34,562 nt of DNA from an uncultured Bacilli bacterium (GCA_947595345.1 CANQEQ010000003.1:1-34562); one strand, 5' to 3'. Shown: positions 9,681 to 18,780, counted from the stretch's first letter. Numbers and translations: made by a program. The notes: generated by a model not told the origin, from the sequence alone.

Positions 9681-12074
9681 ATGAAAACAGAATTAAAAGT
9701 AAAAACGGATATTAAAGTAGGTTTAACCGAAAGAGAAGTAGTAGAAAGAATAAATAAAAATTTAAAAAATTATAATAATCAGCCTAAAACTAAGACGATT
9801 AAAGAAATTATAGCTTCTAATGTTTTTACTTACTTCAACTTTTTAAATATCTTCTTAGGAGCAGCTGTTCTTTTAGCTGGCGTATTTTCAGGCAGGATTT
9901 TCTATTCTTTAAAAAATTGTTTATTCATGGGTGTTATATTTTGTAATACAATAATTAGTACTATTCAAGAAATTATATCTAAGAAAATAATTGATAAATT
10001 ATCGCTTATTTCAAATAGTAAAACCCTAGTTTTAAGAGATGCAAAGGAAGTTACCATTGAAAATGAAGAAATTGTCATGGATGATATAGTGCTTTTAAAA
10101 AGTGGTAATCAAGTAGTAGTTGATAGTGTAATTAGAGAAGGGGCAGTAGAGGTTAATGAGTCATTTATTACAGGTGAATCTAATACCATTGTAAAAAAAG
10201 CTGGAGATGTGATTTTATCTGGAAGTTTTATCGTGTCTGGAAGTTGTATATCTCAAGTAGTCCATGTTGGTAATGCTAATTATATTAATACTATTTCAAG
10301 TGAAGCAAGTTATATTAAAGAGATTAATTCAGTCATTTTAAATTCTTTTGAAAAAATTGTAAAAGTATTATCAATTATAATTATTCCTCTTGGAGCAGCT
10401 TTATTTTGTAATCAATATTTAGTAATAGGTGATACAATAAGTGATTCAATTATTAATACAGTTGCAGCTTTAATTGGTATGATACCAGAAGGATTAGTAC
10501 TTTTAACAAGTTCCGTTATGGCTGTTAGTATAATAAGACTTAGTAAATATAAAGTTTTAGTTCAACAATTATATTGTATAGAAACGTTGTCGCGTGTTAA
10601 TGTTATTTGTTTAGATAAAACGGGGACTATTACAACGGGAAATATGAAAGTGTATGATATTATTCCTAATAAAGGCTATACTAAAAATGATTTTGAATAT
10701 GTATTAAAGAAACTTACTAATTCCTTATATGACGATAGTCCTACTTTCAAGGCTTTAAAAGATAAATTCCCAGAGCATTTAAGTGTTGATATAAAAAATA
10801 CTATTCCGTTTTCTTCAGAGAGAAAATTCTCAGCTGTTGAAGTGGCTGATGATGCTAGTTATTATATAGGGGCTTATGAATATGTTTTAAAAGGTGTTAC
10901 TCTAGATTATTCTTTAATAGAAGATTATCAAAAAGATTATCGGATTTTAGTAGTTTGTAAAAATAATCTTCCTTTAACTGATAAACCGGTAAATTTAAAA
11001 GTAATTGGGTTTGTTTTAATTGAAGATGAGATAAGAAAAGAAGCTAAAGATACTTTAGAGTTCTTTAAAAATCAAGGAGTTAAAATTAAATTAATCTCTG
11101 GTGATAATCCTTTAACGGTTTTAAATATTGCTAAAAAAGCTGGAATTAAAGAAGATTTAAAAGCTATTGATGCTAGTAATTTTGAAAACATGGAAATTGA
11201 TAATTTAGTTCTTGAAAATGATATATTTGGGCGTGTTACTCCTAAGGGTAAGAAAAAAATTATTTTATCTCTTAAAAAACAAGGCTTTATAACAGCTATG
11301 ACTGGAGATGGAGTAAATGATGTTTTAGCTTTAAAAGAAGCTGACTGTTCTATTGCTATGGCTAGTGGAAGTGATGCAACAAGAGCTGTTAGTCAAATTG
11401 TTCTTTTAGATAATAACTTTGCTTCTATGCCTAAAATTGTAGCTGAAGGAAGAAGAACTATTAATAATATAGAAAGAAGTTCCTCTTTACTTTTAGTTAA
11501 AACTATTTATACAATTCTTTTGATTTTAACTTGTTTATTTACGAGAAGTGAATATTTCTTTATTCCAATTCAACTTACTTTAATTACAGCTTGTACTATT
11601 GGAATTCCATCTTTTATATTAGCTCTTGAACCAAATACTAATATAGTATCCGGGAACTTTATTTTAAAAATATTTAAAAATAGTATTCCGGCTGGAGTTA
11701 CAGTTTTCTTAGATGTTGTTATAATTGTTTTATTTAAAATAGCTTTTGCTTTAGACGATAGTATAGTTAATTCTTTAGCTGTATTAATAACTGGTACAAC
11801 AGGTTTTATTCATTTATATCATGTATCTAAACCATTTAATTATTTAAGAATAGCTTTGTTTAGTATTCTTTTATTAGGATTTTTATATGGAGTATTTTTC
11901 CAATATTCTTTCTTTGATATAAAAGGTATTAATCTACCAATTGGTTTAATTACATTCTTATTAATTATTTTCTCATTCTATGCTTATGAATGGATTTCTA
12001 GGTTCTTGCAATTCTTAACTAGATTATTTACAAGAAATAGAGAAGAAGTAAGTTTAAAAAAGAAACATGCTTAA
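9681..12074 (+). CDS. Cation-translocating P-type ATPase (CtpE-like)
   Basis: TGES, IPEGL, DKTGT phosphorylation site, SGDNP, TGDGVND. Confidence 0.93.
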   Translation: MKTELKVKTDIKVGLTEREVVERINKNLKNYNNQPKTKTIKEIIASNVFTYFNFLNIFLGAAVLLAGVFSGRIFYSLKNCLFMGVIFCNTIISTIQEIISKKIIDKLSLISNSKTLVLRDAKEVTIENEEIVMDDIVLLKSGNQVVVDSVIREGAVEVNESFITGESNTIVKKAGDVILSGSFIVSGSCISQVVHVGNANYINTISSEASYIKEINSVILNSFEKIVKVLSIIIIPLGAALFCNQYLVIGDTISDSIINTVAALIGMIPEGLVLLTSSVMAVSIIRLSKYKVLVQQLYCIETLSRVNVICLDKTGTITTGNMKVYDIIPNKGYTKNDFEYVLKKLTNSLYDDSPTFKALKDKFPEHLSVDIKNTIPFSSERKFSAVEVADDASYYIGAYEYVLKGVTLDYSLIEDYQKDYRILVVCKNNLPLTDKPVNLKVIGFVLIEDEIRKEAKDTLEFFKNQGVKIKLISGDNPLTVLNIAKKAGIKEDLKAIDASNFENMEIDNLVLENDIFGRVTPKGKKKIILSLKKQGFITAMTGDGVNDVLALKEADCSIAMASGSDATRAVSQIVLLDNNFASMPKIVAEGRRTINNIERSSSLLLVKTIYTILLILTCLFTRSEYFFIPIQLTLITACTIGIPSFILALEPNTNIVSGNFILKIFKNSIPAGVTVFLDVVIIVLFKIAFALDDSIVNSLAVLITGTTGFIHLYHVSKPFNYLRIALFSILLLGFLYGVFFQYSFFDIKGINLPIGLITFLLIIFSFYAYEWISRFLQFLTRLFTRNREEVSLKKKHA

Positions 12075-12104
12075 AAAAAGTCTTGATTATTTATCAAGAT
12101 TTTT
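12073..12104. terminator. Bidirectional terminator between the ATPase gene and rarA
   Basis: AAGTCTTGAT-tattt-ATCAAGATTT with A/T tails, overlapping the rarA stop. Confidence 0.65.
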
Positions 12105-13332
12105 CTTTTAATAAAGCTTCTTCTTTTAGTTTTTCAATGGCATCATTTACTTGTTTTAAAGTTCTTTCATATTTACTATTATCTTTAGGTATATAATATT
12201 TTTTATTTTTTATATTATCAGGTAAGTATTGTTGATATACCCAAGCATTAGGATAGTCATGAGGATATTTATAATTAGGGGAGGTTGTTTTAATATGTTC
12301 TGGAGGATTTCCACAGCGTCCGGTTTCAACATCTTTTAAAGCTTCATTTATACTAACATTAGCTGAGTTAGATTTAGGTGATAAAGCAAGTTCAATTACA
12401 ACAACTGATAGGGGAATTATAGCTTCCGGAAGTCCAACACGTTCAGCTGCATTAATTGCTGCCATTACTTTAGGACCCATACTAGGATTAGCAAGTCCAA
12501 TATCTTCATAGCAAATAACTGTAAGTCGTCTAAAGATACTATCTAAGTCTTCGGCTTTTAACATTCTAGCTAGATAATGTAGGCTAGCATTTACATCACT
12601 TCCCCGAATTGATTTTTGAAAAGCACTTAAAACATCATAATAACCATCTTCGTTTTTGTCATGAAAGAAATTATGTTTATTATCAATACTTTCTAAAAAT
12701 TCTTTAGTTATTTTATGGTCACTTGAAGAATAGTAAGCTAGTTCTAATAAATTATAAGCATATCTTAAATCACTTCCGGAGACATTAGCTATATAATTAA
12801 TACTTTTATTATCTATTTTAATACCCTCTAAAACATCTTTTTTAATTGCCATTTTAAGGCCTTTTTTAATGTCGTCTTCGGTTAATTCATGAAGTTCAAA
12901 TAAATGACAACGACTACGAATAGCTGGGTTTATACTATGAAAAGGATTACTAGTTGTAAGACCAATTAAAGTTATTAAACCACTTTCAAGTTGAGGAAGT
13001 AATAAATCTTGTTTATCTTTATTTAATCTATGGATTTCATCTACTATTAAGACTAAACCATCATAGACTTTAGCTTCATTAAAAACTACTTGAAAATCAT
13101 GTTTATCATTTATAGTAGCATTTAATGAGCGATAACGAACACCTAAATCTAAAACTAAACTATTAGCAATACTAGTTTTTCCAATTCCTGGTTTACCATA
13201 TAAAATCATAGAAAAAATTTTTTTGTTCTTGACTAAATTACTTAATATTTTGCCATTTCCAATTAAATGTTCTTGACCTAAGACTTCTTTTAAGGAAGTA
13301 GGTCTTAATTTAAGGGCTAAAGGACTATCCAT
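12094..13332 (-). CDS. rarA: Replication-associated recombination protein A (RarA/MgsA AAA+ ATPase)
   Basis: PLA..LRP, GKPGIGKT, DEIHR.NK..QD, SAFQKSIRGSD, EDIGLA, YKYPHD. Confidence 0.95.
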   Translation of the reverse strand: MDSPLALKLRPTSLKEVLGQEHLIGNGKILSNLVKNKKIFSMILYGKPGIGKTSIANSLVLDLGVRYRSLNATINDKHDFQVVFNEAKVYDGLVLIVDEIHRLNKDKQDLLLPQLESGLITLIGLTTSNPFHSINPAIRSRCHLFELHELTEDDIKKGLKMAIKKDVLEGIKIDNKSINYIANVSGSDLRYAYNLLELAYYSSSDHKITKEFLESIDNKHNFFHDKNEDGYYDVLSAFQKSIRGSDVNASLHYLARMLKAEDLDSIFRRLTVICYEDIGLANPSMGPKVMAAINAAERVGLPEAIIPLSVVVIELALSPKSNSANVSINEALKDVETGRCGNPPEHIKTTSPNYKYPHDYPNAWVYQQYLPDNIKNKKYYIPKDNSKYERTLKQVNDAIEKLKEEALLKEKS

Positions 13333-13505
13333 ATTATCACCTACATATTACTTATTTTATCACTAAAAGGGGAAAATAGAAAGATAATAATTAAGAACAT
13401 TAAGTTTATTAATTCTTTTAGAACTTAAATAAGCCTAGATAATTTACAAGATTTGAAAGTAATGTTATAATTAAAATGAAACATGATTATAATGGAGTTT
13501 TAAAT

Positions 13506-14399
13506 ATGGATTACGATTTAAAAGATTATTTAAGTTATATATCTCTTATGAAAAAACTTTCGGCTAATACTGTTTTTAATTATCAAAAAGATTTAGAAAA
13601 TTATCTTAATTATTTAAAGGAAAATAATATAAAGTCATTTATGGAAGTTGATATTCGTTTTTTAGACGAATACTTTAAATATTTAAGTAAAAAAGGATTA
13701 ACATCTAGAAGTATAGGACGTCATATAACAGCTATTAGAGAATTTCATAAGTATCTTTTAAGAGAAGGAAAAATTAAAAAAAATGTTTTAGAAGACATTG
13801 ATAATATTAAACAATCTAAATACTTACCAACAGTTTTAAAAGATTATGAAATGGAAAAAATATTAGATGTATCATTAGATAATGCTTTTAAATATCGGGA
13901 TAAAGCTATGTTAGAACTTATGTATGGTTCAGGTCTTAGAGTTTCTGAATTAGTTAATCTTACTTTATATAGTATAGATATGGAACAAGATATTATTTTA
14001 ATTGAAGGAAAAGGCAATAAAGAAAGATTAGTTCCCTTAAGTCCTTATGCTAAAGAGGCAGTGAGTGCTTATCTTGAAGTTCGTAGTAGTTTAGTTAAAC
14101 CAAAGTACCAAAATATTGATAAACTATTTTTAAATAATCATGGACAAGGTATTACAAGACAAGGATTTAACTTCATTTTAAAAAATATTTTAGAAGAAAA
14201 GAAGATTGCAACTCATGCAACACCTCATACCTTAAGGCATACCTTTGCAACTGATTTGCTTAATAATGGGGCTGACCTTAAAAGCATTCAAGAATTATTA
14301 GGTCATAGTGATATTTCAACAACTAGTATCTATACACATGTAGTTAATAATAAATTAAAAGAAGATTACATAAAATATAACGCGAGAAAAGAGGAATAA
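13506..14399 (+). CDS. xerD: Tyrosine recombinase, XerD-like
   Basis: RDKAMLELMYGSGLRVSEL, GKGNKERLVP, TPHTLRHTFAT, LLGH, TTSIYTHV; xerD-deoB order as in Bacillus; GGAG RBS favours the ATG at 13506; promoter TTTACA..TGtTATAAT upstream. Confidence 0.88.
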   Translation: MDYDLKDYLSYISLMKKLSANTVFNYQKDLENYLNYLKENNIKSFMEVDIRFLDEYFKYLSKKGLTSRSIGRHITAIREFHKYLLREGKIKKNVLEDIDNIKQSKYLPTVLKDYEMEKILDVSLDNAFKYRDKAMLELMYGSGLRVSELVNLTLYSIDMEQDIILIEGKGNKERLVPLSPYAKEAVSAYLEVRSSLVKPKYQNIDKLFLNNHGQGITRQGFNFILKNILEEKKIATHATPHTLRHTFATDLLNNGADLKSIQELLGHSDISTTSIYTHVVNNKLKEDYIKYNARKEE

Positions 14400-14400
14400 T

Positions 14401-15564
14401 ATGAAATTTAAAAGAATATTTTTAATCGTTTTAGATTCACTTGGAGTAGGGGAAGCAGTTGATAGTGGCAGTTATGGAGATAAAGGTGCTAATACATTAG
14501 GTAATATTATGAAAAACTATGATTTATTTGTTCCTAATCTTCAAAAGTTAGGCTTTTTAAATACTATTTCTATGAATAAAAAAGAAAGTGAAGCTTACTA
14601 TACAATTGGAAGACCTAAAAATAAAGGTAAAGATTCTTTATCTGGGCATTATGAATTAATGGGTATTCAAAGTGATATTTCCTATAAGACATTTGATGAA
14701 AATGGTTTTCCAAGAGAAATGCTAGAAAAAATTGCTAATGAAACAAAACGAGGTATTATAGGTAATATTATAGGAAATCCCTTGGCTGTTATAAATAAAT
14801 TAGGAGATAGACATATGGAAACTAAATCTTTAATAGTTTATACAACTCTTGATTCTAATTTAGAAATTGCAGCTCATGAAGATATAGTTCCTATAAATGA
14901 GTTATATCAATATGGAGAAATTATCCGAGATATAACTAGTAAAGAAGAATGGAAAGTAGCCAGAGTTATTGTTAGACCTTTTACCGGAGAAAGTGGTAAT
15001 TATACTTTAACTAGTAATTCTAGAAGTTATACTTTAACACCTCCTAATAAAAGTGTTTTAGATATCCTTAAAAATAATGAATTACAAGTTATTTCAATTG
15101 GGAAAGTTCATGATATATATAATGGTTATGGAATTACTAAGATAATCAAATCAGGTAATAATTTAGAAGGAATTAATAAGTTAACTGATATAATGGAGAA
15201 GAATTTTAAAGGTTTATGCTTTTTAAATTTAAGTGATTTTGATACTTTATATGGTCATACAAGAGACGTTAAAGGTTATGCTAAAGCAATTGAAGCTTTT
15301 GATGTTGAAATACCTATAATTTTAAATAAATTAAATATAGACGATTTACTTATTATAACAGCTGACCATGGAAACGACCCAACTATGCCAGGTTGTAGTC
15401 ATACAAGAGAAAATGTACCAGTTATAATTTATTCTAGATTATTTAAAACTCCTGGTCAATTAGAGGTTTTAGATTCATTAGCTGATATCGGAGCTACTAT
15501 ACTTGATAATTTTGACCTTGAAAAACCTTGGATGGGAACTAGTTTTCTAGATAAATTAAAATAA
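14401..15564 (+). CDS. deoB: Phosphopentomutase-family protein (divergent substrate site)
   Basis: RIFLIVLDS, GKDSLSGHYE, AAHE, DFDTLYGH, TADHGNDPT, HTRE. Confidence 0.88.
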   Translation: MKFKRIFLIVLDSLGVGEAVDSGSYGDKGANTLGNIMKNYDLFVPNLQKLGFLNTISMNKKESEAYYTIGRPKNKGKDSLSGHYELMGIQSDISYKTFDENGFPREMLEKIANETKRGIIGNIIGNPLAVINKLGDRHMETKSLIVYTTLDSNLEIAAHEDIVPINELYQYGEIIRDITSKEEWKVARVIVRPFTGESGNYTLTSNSRSYTLTPPNKSVLDILKNNELQVISIGKVHDIYNGYGITKIIKSGNNLEGINKLTDIMEKNFKGLCFLNLSDFDTLYGHTRDVKGYAKAIEAFDVEIPIILNKLNIDDLLIITADHGNDPTMPGCSHTRENVPVIIYSRLFKTPGQLEVLDSLADIGATILDNFDLEKPWMGTSFLDKLK

Positions 15565-15605
15565 TATTAGGCACTTTGCATATATTAATATGGAGGTGCT
15601 TTTTT

Positions 15606-16025
15606 ATTAAATTCAATTATATTGATATGTTAAATCAATATTTAACTAATATTTTTATTTTAAAACATAATCTAAATATTTTATATTTTAATGTAGTAGG
15701 GGAATATGCAAATTTTTATAAGGAAACTTTATTAAAAGATATTAAAAATATAGAAAAATGCTATTTAAAACTTGGTAATTTAATAAAAAAAATAGGAGGT
15801 TATCCTATTACTGATTTAAAAGAAATAGAAAATATTGCTACTTTGAGAGAAATATCTAGTAAAGATTATACTGCTAATGAGGGAGCTAATATTTTAAATA
15901 GTAACTTTAAAACCATACTTAGTATGAATAAGCAAGTATTTTCTTATGCTATTAAGAAAAATGATGTTAGCAGTATAAGTCTCACACTAGAAATTAACAA
16001 TTATTTAGGGGAGAGTAGGGGGTAG
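15606..16025 (+). CDS. Dps/ferritin-like protein lacking ferroxidase residues; start codon uncertain (ATT at 15606 or ATG at 15627)
   Basis: LNQYL.N, FNVVG, I..IGGYP...LKE...ATL.E recall the Dps scaffold; GGAGGTG RBS at 15592-15598. Confidence 0.6.
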   Translation: MKFNYIDMLNQYLTNIFILKHNLNILYFNVVGEYANFYKETLLKDIKNIEKCYLKLGNLIKKIGGYPITDLKEIENIATLREISSKDYTANEGANILNSNFKTILSMNKQVFSYAIKKNDVSSISLTLEINNYLGESRG

Positions 16026-16220
16026 TTATTCCATTTCATTAGAATTATATGTGTCAGTTATATTATTCTTTTGACATTTATTGCAAGTATTATTATTTGA
16101 TTTTGAACTTAGATTATTATTAAGTTCTGAATCAAATGAGTTACGACGTGAATTCATTTCTGAATTTTTAGATTTATTCGTAGCTTTGCTTTGATTTTTC
16201 ATGCTTTTACTTTTTTTCAT
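16026..16220 (-). CDS. Small Asn/Ser/Lys-rich hydrophilic protein
   Basis: 64-aa ORF with GGGTGA RBS and a sporulation-sigma-like promoter; no family recognised. Confidence 0.6.
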   Translation of the reverse strand: MKKSKSMKNQSKATNKSKNSEMNSRRNSFDSELNNNLSSKSNNNTCNKCQKNNITDTYNSNEME

Positions 16221-16757
16221 TTTTTATCACCCACTTATATTATGTCTTATAAGAAGATTTATATGTAATTTTAATGTTAACTTCCCCTATCAAAATTTGG
16301 ATTACAAAAGGGGACTTTATAAGGTATAAATACATGAATTTTGCTAAAAATATTTATATCTAAAAAAATTAAGAGTTTCTAAAACAAATCGGGATTTAAA
16401 AAGATGGATAATTATTAATCTCGTTTAAGATTAAAAAATCTAAATTTTTAATTTAAGATAATTAAATATTAATACTTCAAATTATGAATGTGCTCTAGAA
16501 CTAATCGGGAATAAAGTAAATGAATAAATATTCGTCTAAATTAATTTAAAATAATATTTATCTATAAAGATAATAATAATATAATTAATTGGTATAGAAA
16601 TGATTATAGATAGAAAATTAAATTTAAAAATAATTATTAATTAATATTAATGAATTTATATCTATAATTATAATATTAGTAGTAGTAAGATTATAATTAG
16701 TATGTTTAAAATACCTTAATTTATACATATTTATATATAAAATTTTGAAAATATCTA

Positions 16758-16785
16758 ACTTTATATAATATATATTATGTTAAGT
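16758..16785. other. dif: dif site (chromosome dimer resolution) at the replication terminus
   Basis: ACTTTATATAA-TATATA-TTATGTTAAGT (11-6-11), close to the B. subtilis dif ACTTCCTAGAA-TATATA-TTATGTAAACT; lies at the switch in gene orientation and GC skew. Confidence 0.9.
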
Positions 16786-17150
16786 TCTATACTTTGAATA
16801 AATTATTAAATCAATAATAATATAGTTGTTTATTATATTATAGTTATATATTTATAACTCATTATCTCACTTTAAAATATAAATTGCTCCGATAACTTTC
16901 CTTTTTATTTTTTTATATATTAATACACTTTTATATGCTATAATATTATTGTATATTTATATATCTTTGATTTTTACTTCCCTATTCTATTTTTTAATGC
17001 TGAAGAGACAATGATGCCGTTTATTTTTTTAAATTTATATTTTAATATATTATTAGGAGGTATTTATGTTTAAAAAGTATAGAAAAATAAGACTTTAAAA
17101 ATAAAGTAATAAAAGATATATTAAAGTATATAAAGAATTAAGGAGTTAAT

Positions 17151-17453
17151 ATGAGTAAAACATTAAAAATAACACTTGGAATACTAATAACTATTGCAAT
17201 ACTACTAATATTAATATTAGTAATCAATTTTGGAATAGCATTATTTTATGATGATTCAAATGATTATCCATTTGTTTATAGTAGTGATAAAACTACTTTA
17301 GAGATCAAGTTAGAAGAGTTATTTAAAGAAGAACCTAAAACACCTCAAGAAAAAGCAACAGTATTTTTAAAGGAAAACTATCAATTTATAATAATTGATA
17401 TATTATTAATAGTTATTATAATTAAAATTGATAAATTAAAAAGGATAAATTAA
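17151..17453 (+). CDS. Hypothetical membrane protein with two hydrophobic segments
   Basis: AAGGAG RBS; hydrophobic N- and C-terminal stretches; followed by a terminator. Confidence 0.7.
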   Translation: MSKTLKITLGILITIAILLILILVINFGIALFYDDSNDYPFVYSSDKTTLEIKLEELFKEEPKTPQEKATVFLKENYQFIIIDILLIVIIIKIDKLKRIN

Positions 17454-17464
17454 TTTTTAAAATT

Positions 17465-17505
17465 AAAATAAGGATATTTAATTTAAAAATTATCCTTATT
17501 TTTTT
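17465..17505. terminator. Intrinsic terminator between convergent genes
   Basis: AAAATAAGGATA...TATCCTTATTTT plus T-run. Confidence 0.7.
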
Positions 17506-17551
17506 ACATATTATCTCCCCTACTACATTATAAATTAAAAAAGTATTACTT

Positions 17552-17884
17552 TTAATAATACTTTTTATTACGATTATTTTTATTTTTTTTATAATTATTA
17601 TTACTATTGTTGTTATTAGTATAATAATTGTAATTACGATTTTTATTTTTGTTCTTTTTACGATAATATTCGTCTTTACTAGCTTCTTCTATAACATCTT
17701 CTGTATTTTGATAAATAACATTTTCTTTTAAGTCTTCTTTATCTTTCTTTTTACCACGAACAAATACTTGAAAATAAGTCCAGAAAATTCCTATTAAAAT
17801 TGCAAGAACAGCAATATAATAAAATGTAGCTGTGAATGAGTCATCAAATTTTCCATTTGTAGCTTCTTCTAATAAATATATCAT
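17552..17884 (-). CDS. Hypothetical single-TM protein with Asn/Lys/Tyr-rich tail
   Basis: AAGGTGG RBS; one TM segment; low-complexity C-terminus. Confidence 0.75.
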   Translation of the reverse strand: MIYLLEEATNGKFDDSFTATFYYIAVLAILIGIFWTYFQVFVRGKKKDKEDLKENVIYQNTEDVIEEASKDEYYRKKNKNKNRNYNYYTNNNNSNNNYKKNKNNRNKKYY

Positions 17885-17917
17885 ATAATTACCACCTTTA
17901 TATTCTTTCTATTACTA

Positions 17918-18685
17918 TTATGCACCACGAGATTGAATTTCAGCAATTTTTTCAAAAACATCTTTAGCATTATCTTCAGTTATAGTTGTATATCCAAGTT
18001 CTTTTAAAGCTTGTTCTTTAACACTATTTAACTCTTGAGTACGAGATAACTTTTCTTCATGTTTTCTATCAATTTCTTGAACAAAACGCTTATGAGAATC
18101 AACTATTCTACTCTTAGAAGCTCCACCTTTATTATACAAAGTAAAGGCACTGAAAATTATACTTTCAAAATTAAATTGTTGTTCTTGATTAAACAAGAAT
18201 TCCATTGGGTCTGTAAATCCCATTAATTTAGAGATAAAACAAAGTAAATATTTTAATTCTTTATTGTTCTCCATACTTTGTAAATAATGATATAAATATA
18301 CATAAGTATTATAAGTATCTTTAGTATGGTCATCACGTAATTTATCTTTTAAAAGTGAAATAATATCACTTAATACTTCTACTTCCTTACGATTAAATCC
18401 TTTTAAATCAATTAAATTGTTACCAGATAAAGCTACTTTAACACCCTCATTTAATTTAGTATCAATTTTAATTATATATTCTCCATTTATTTCTAAAGTG
18501 TCCAAATCGTCTTCTTTTTTGATTTCTAATAATTGCATTAATCTAGTTGCTTTTTCGCTTGGCCAATCCTCTAATTTATCAAGTGCTAAATAATTATATA
18601 ACATTTGTCTTGATACTCCTAAATATTTTGCTAATCTTACTTTTGAAACTCCTATTTCAGATAGGGTATTACTAATTTTACTCAT
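17918..18685 (-). CDS. Hypothetical protein with an N-terminal XRE/Cro-like HTH
   Basis: SKVRLAKYLGVSRQMLYNY helix-turn-helix pattern; AGGAGG RBS. Confidence 0.75.
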   Translation of the reverse strand: MSKISNTLSEIGVSKVRLAKYLGVSRQMLYNYLALDKLEDWPSEKATRLMQLLEIKKEDDLDTLEINGEYIIKIDTKLNEGVKVALSGNNLIDLKGFNRKEVEVLSDIISLLKDKLRDDHTKDTYNTYVYLYHYLQSMENNKELKYLLCFISKLMGFTDPMEFLFNQEQQFNFESIIFSAFTLYNKGGASKSRIVDSHKRFVQEIDRKHEEKLSRTQELNSVKEQALKELGYTTITEDNAKDVFEKIAEIQSRGA

Positions 18686-18780
18686 CCTTATGTACCTCCT
18701 AAATTAATTTTATCAAATTCTCATATTTTGTCAATTAAATTGTTAAATTTCGTAAAGTATTTTTGCAATTTTTAATTTTT

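Noticed and set aside
14235-14237. Possible AGG/CGG or TGA codon reassignment, as known in some uncultured Bacilli and Mollicutes
   Set aside because: AGG encodes the catalytic Arg of XerD HTLRH. CGG encodes conserved Arg in alaS GRGY and rarA SIRGSD. TGA terminates rarA and Trp is TGG.
13506-14399. Tyrosine recombinase as a prophage or island integrase
   Set aside because: Its size, motifs and xerD-deoB synteny indicate a chromosomal Xer; no phage or cargo genes flank it
16387-16510. Two copies of AATCGGGA upstream of dif
   Set aside because: Only 8 bp in two copies; cannot be separated from the general CGG bias without genome-wide skew statistics
16221-17150. CRISPR array, oriC or ncRNA in the AT-rich gap
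   Set aside because: No regularly spaced repeats, no DnaA-box cluster and no GC-rich stems; genes converge on this region, as expected for a terminus
17560-17660. AAT/AAC-rich short repeats
   Set aside because: Explained by the Asn/Lys-rich coding tail of the 110-aa gene
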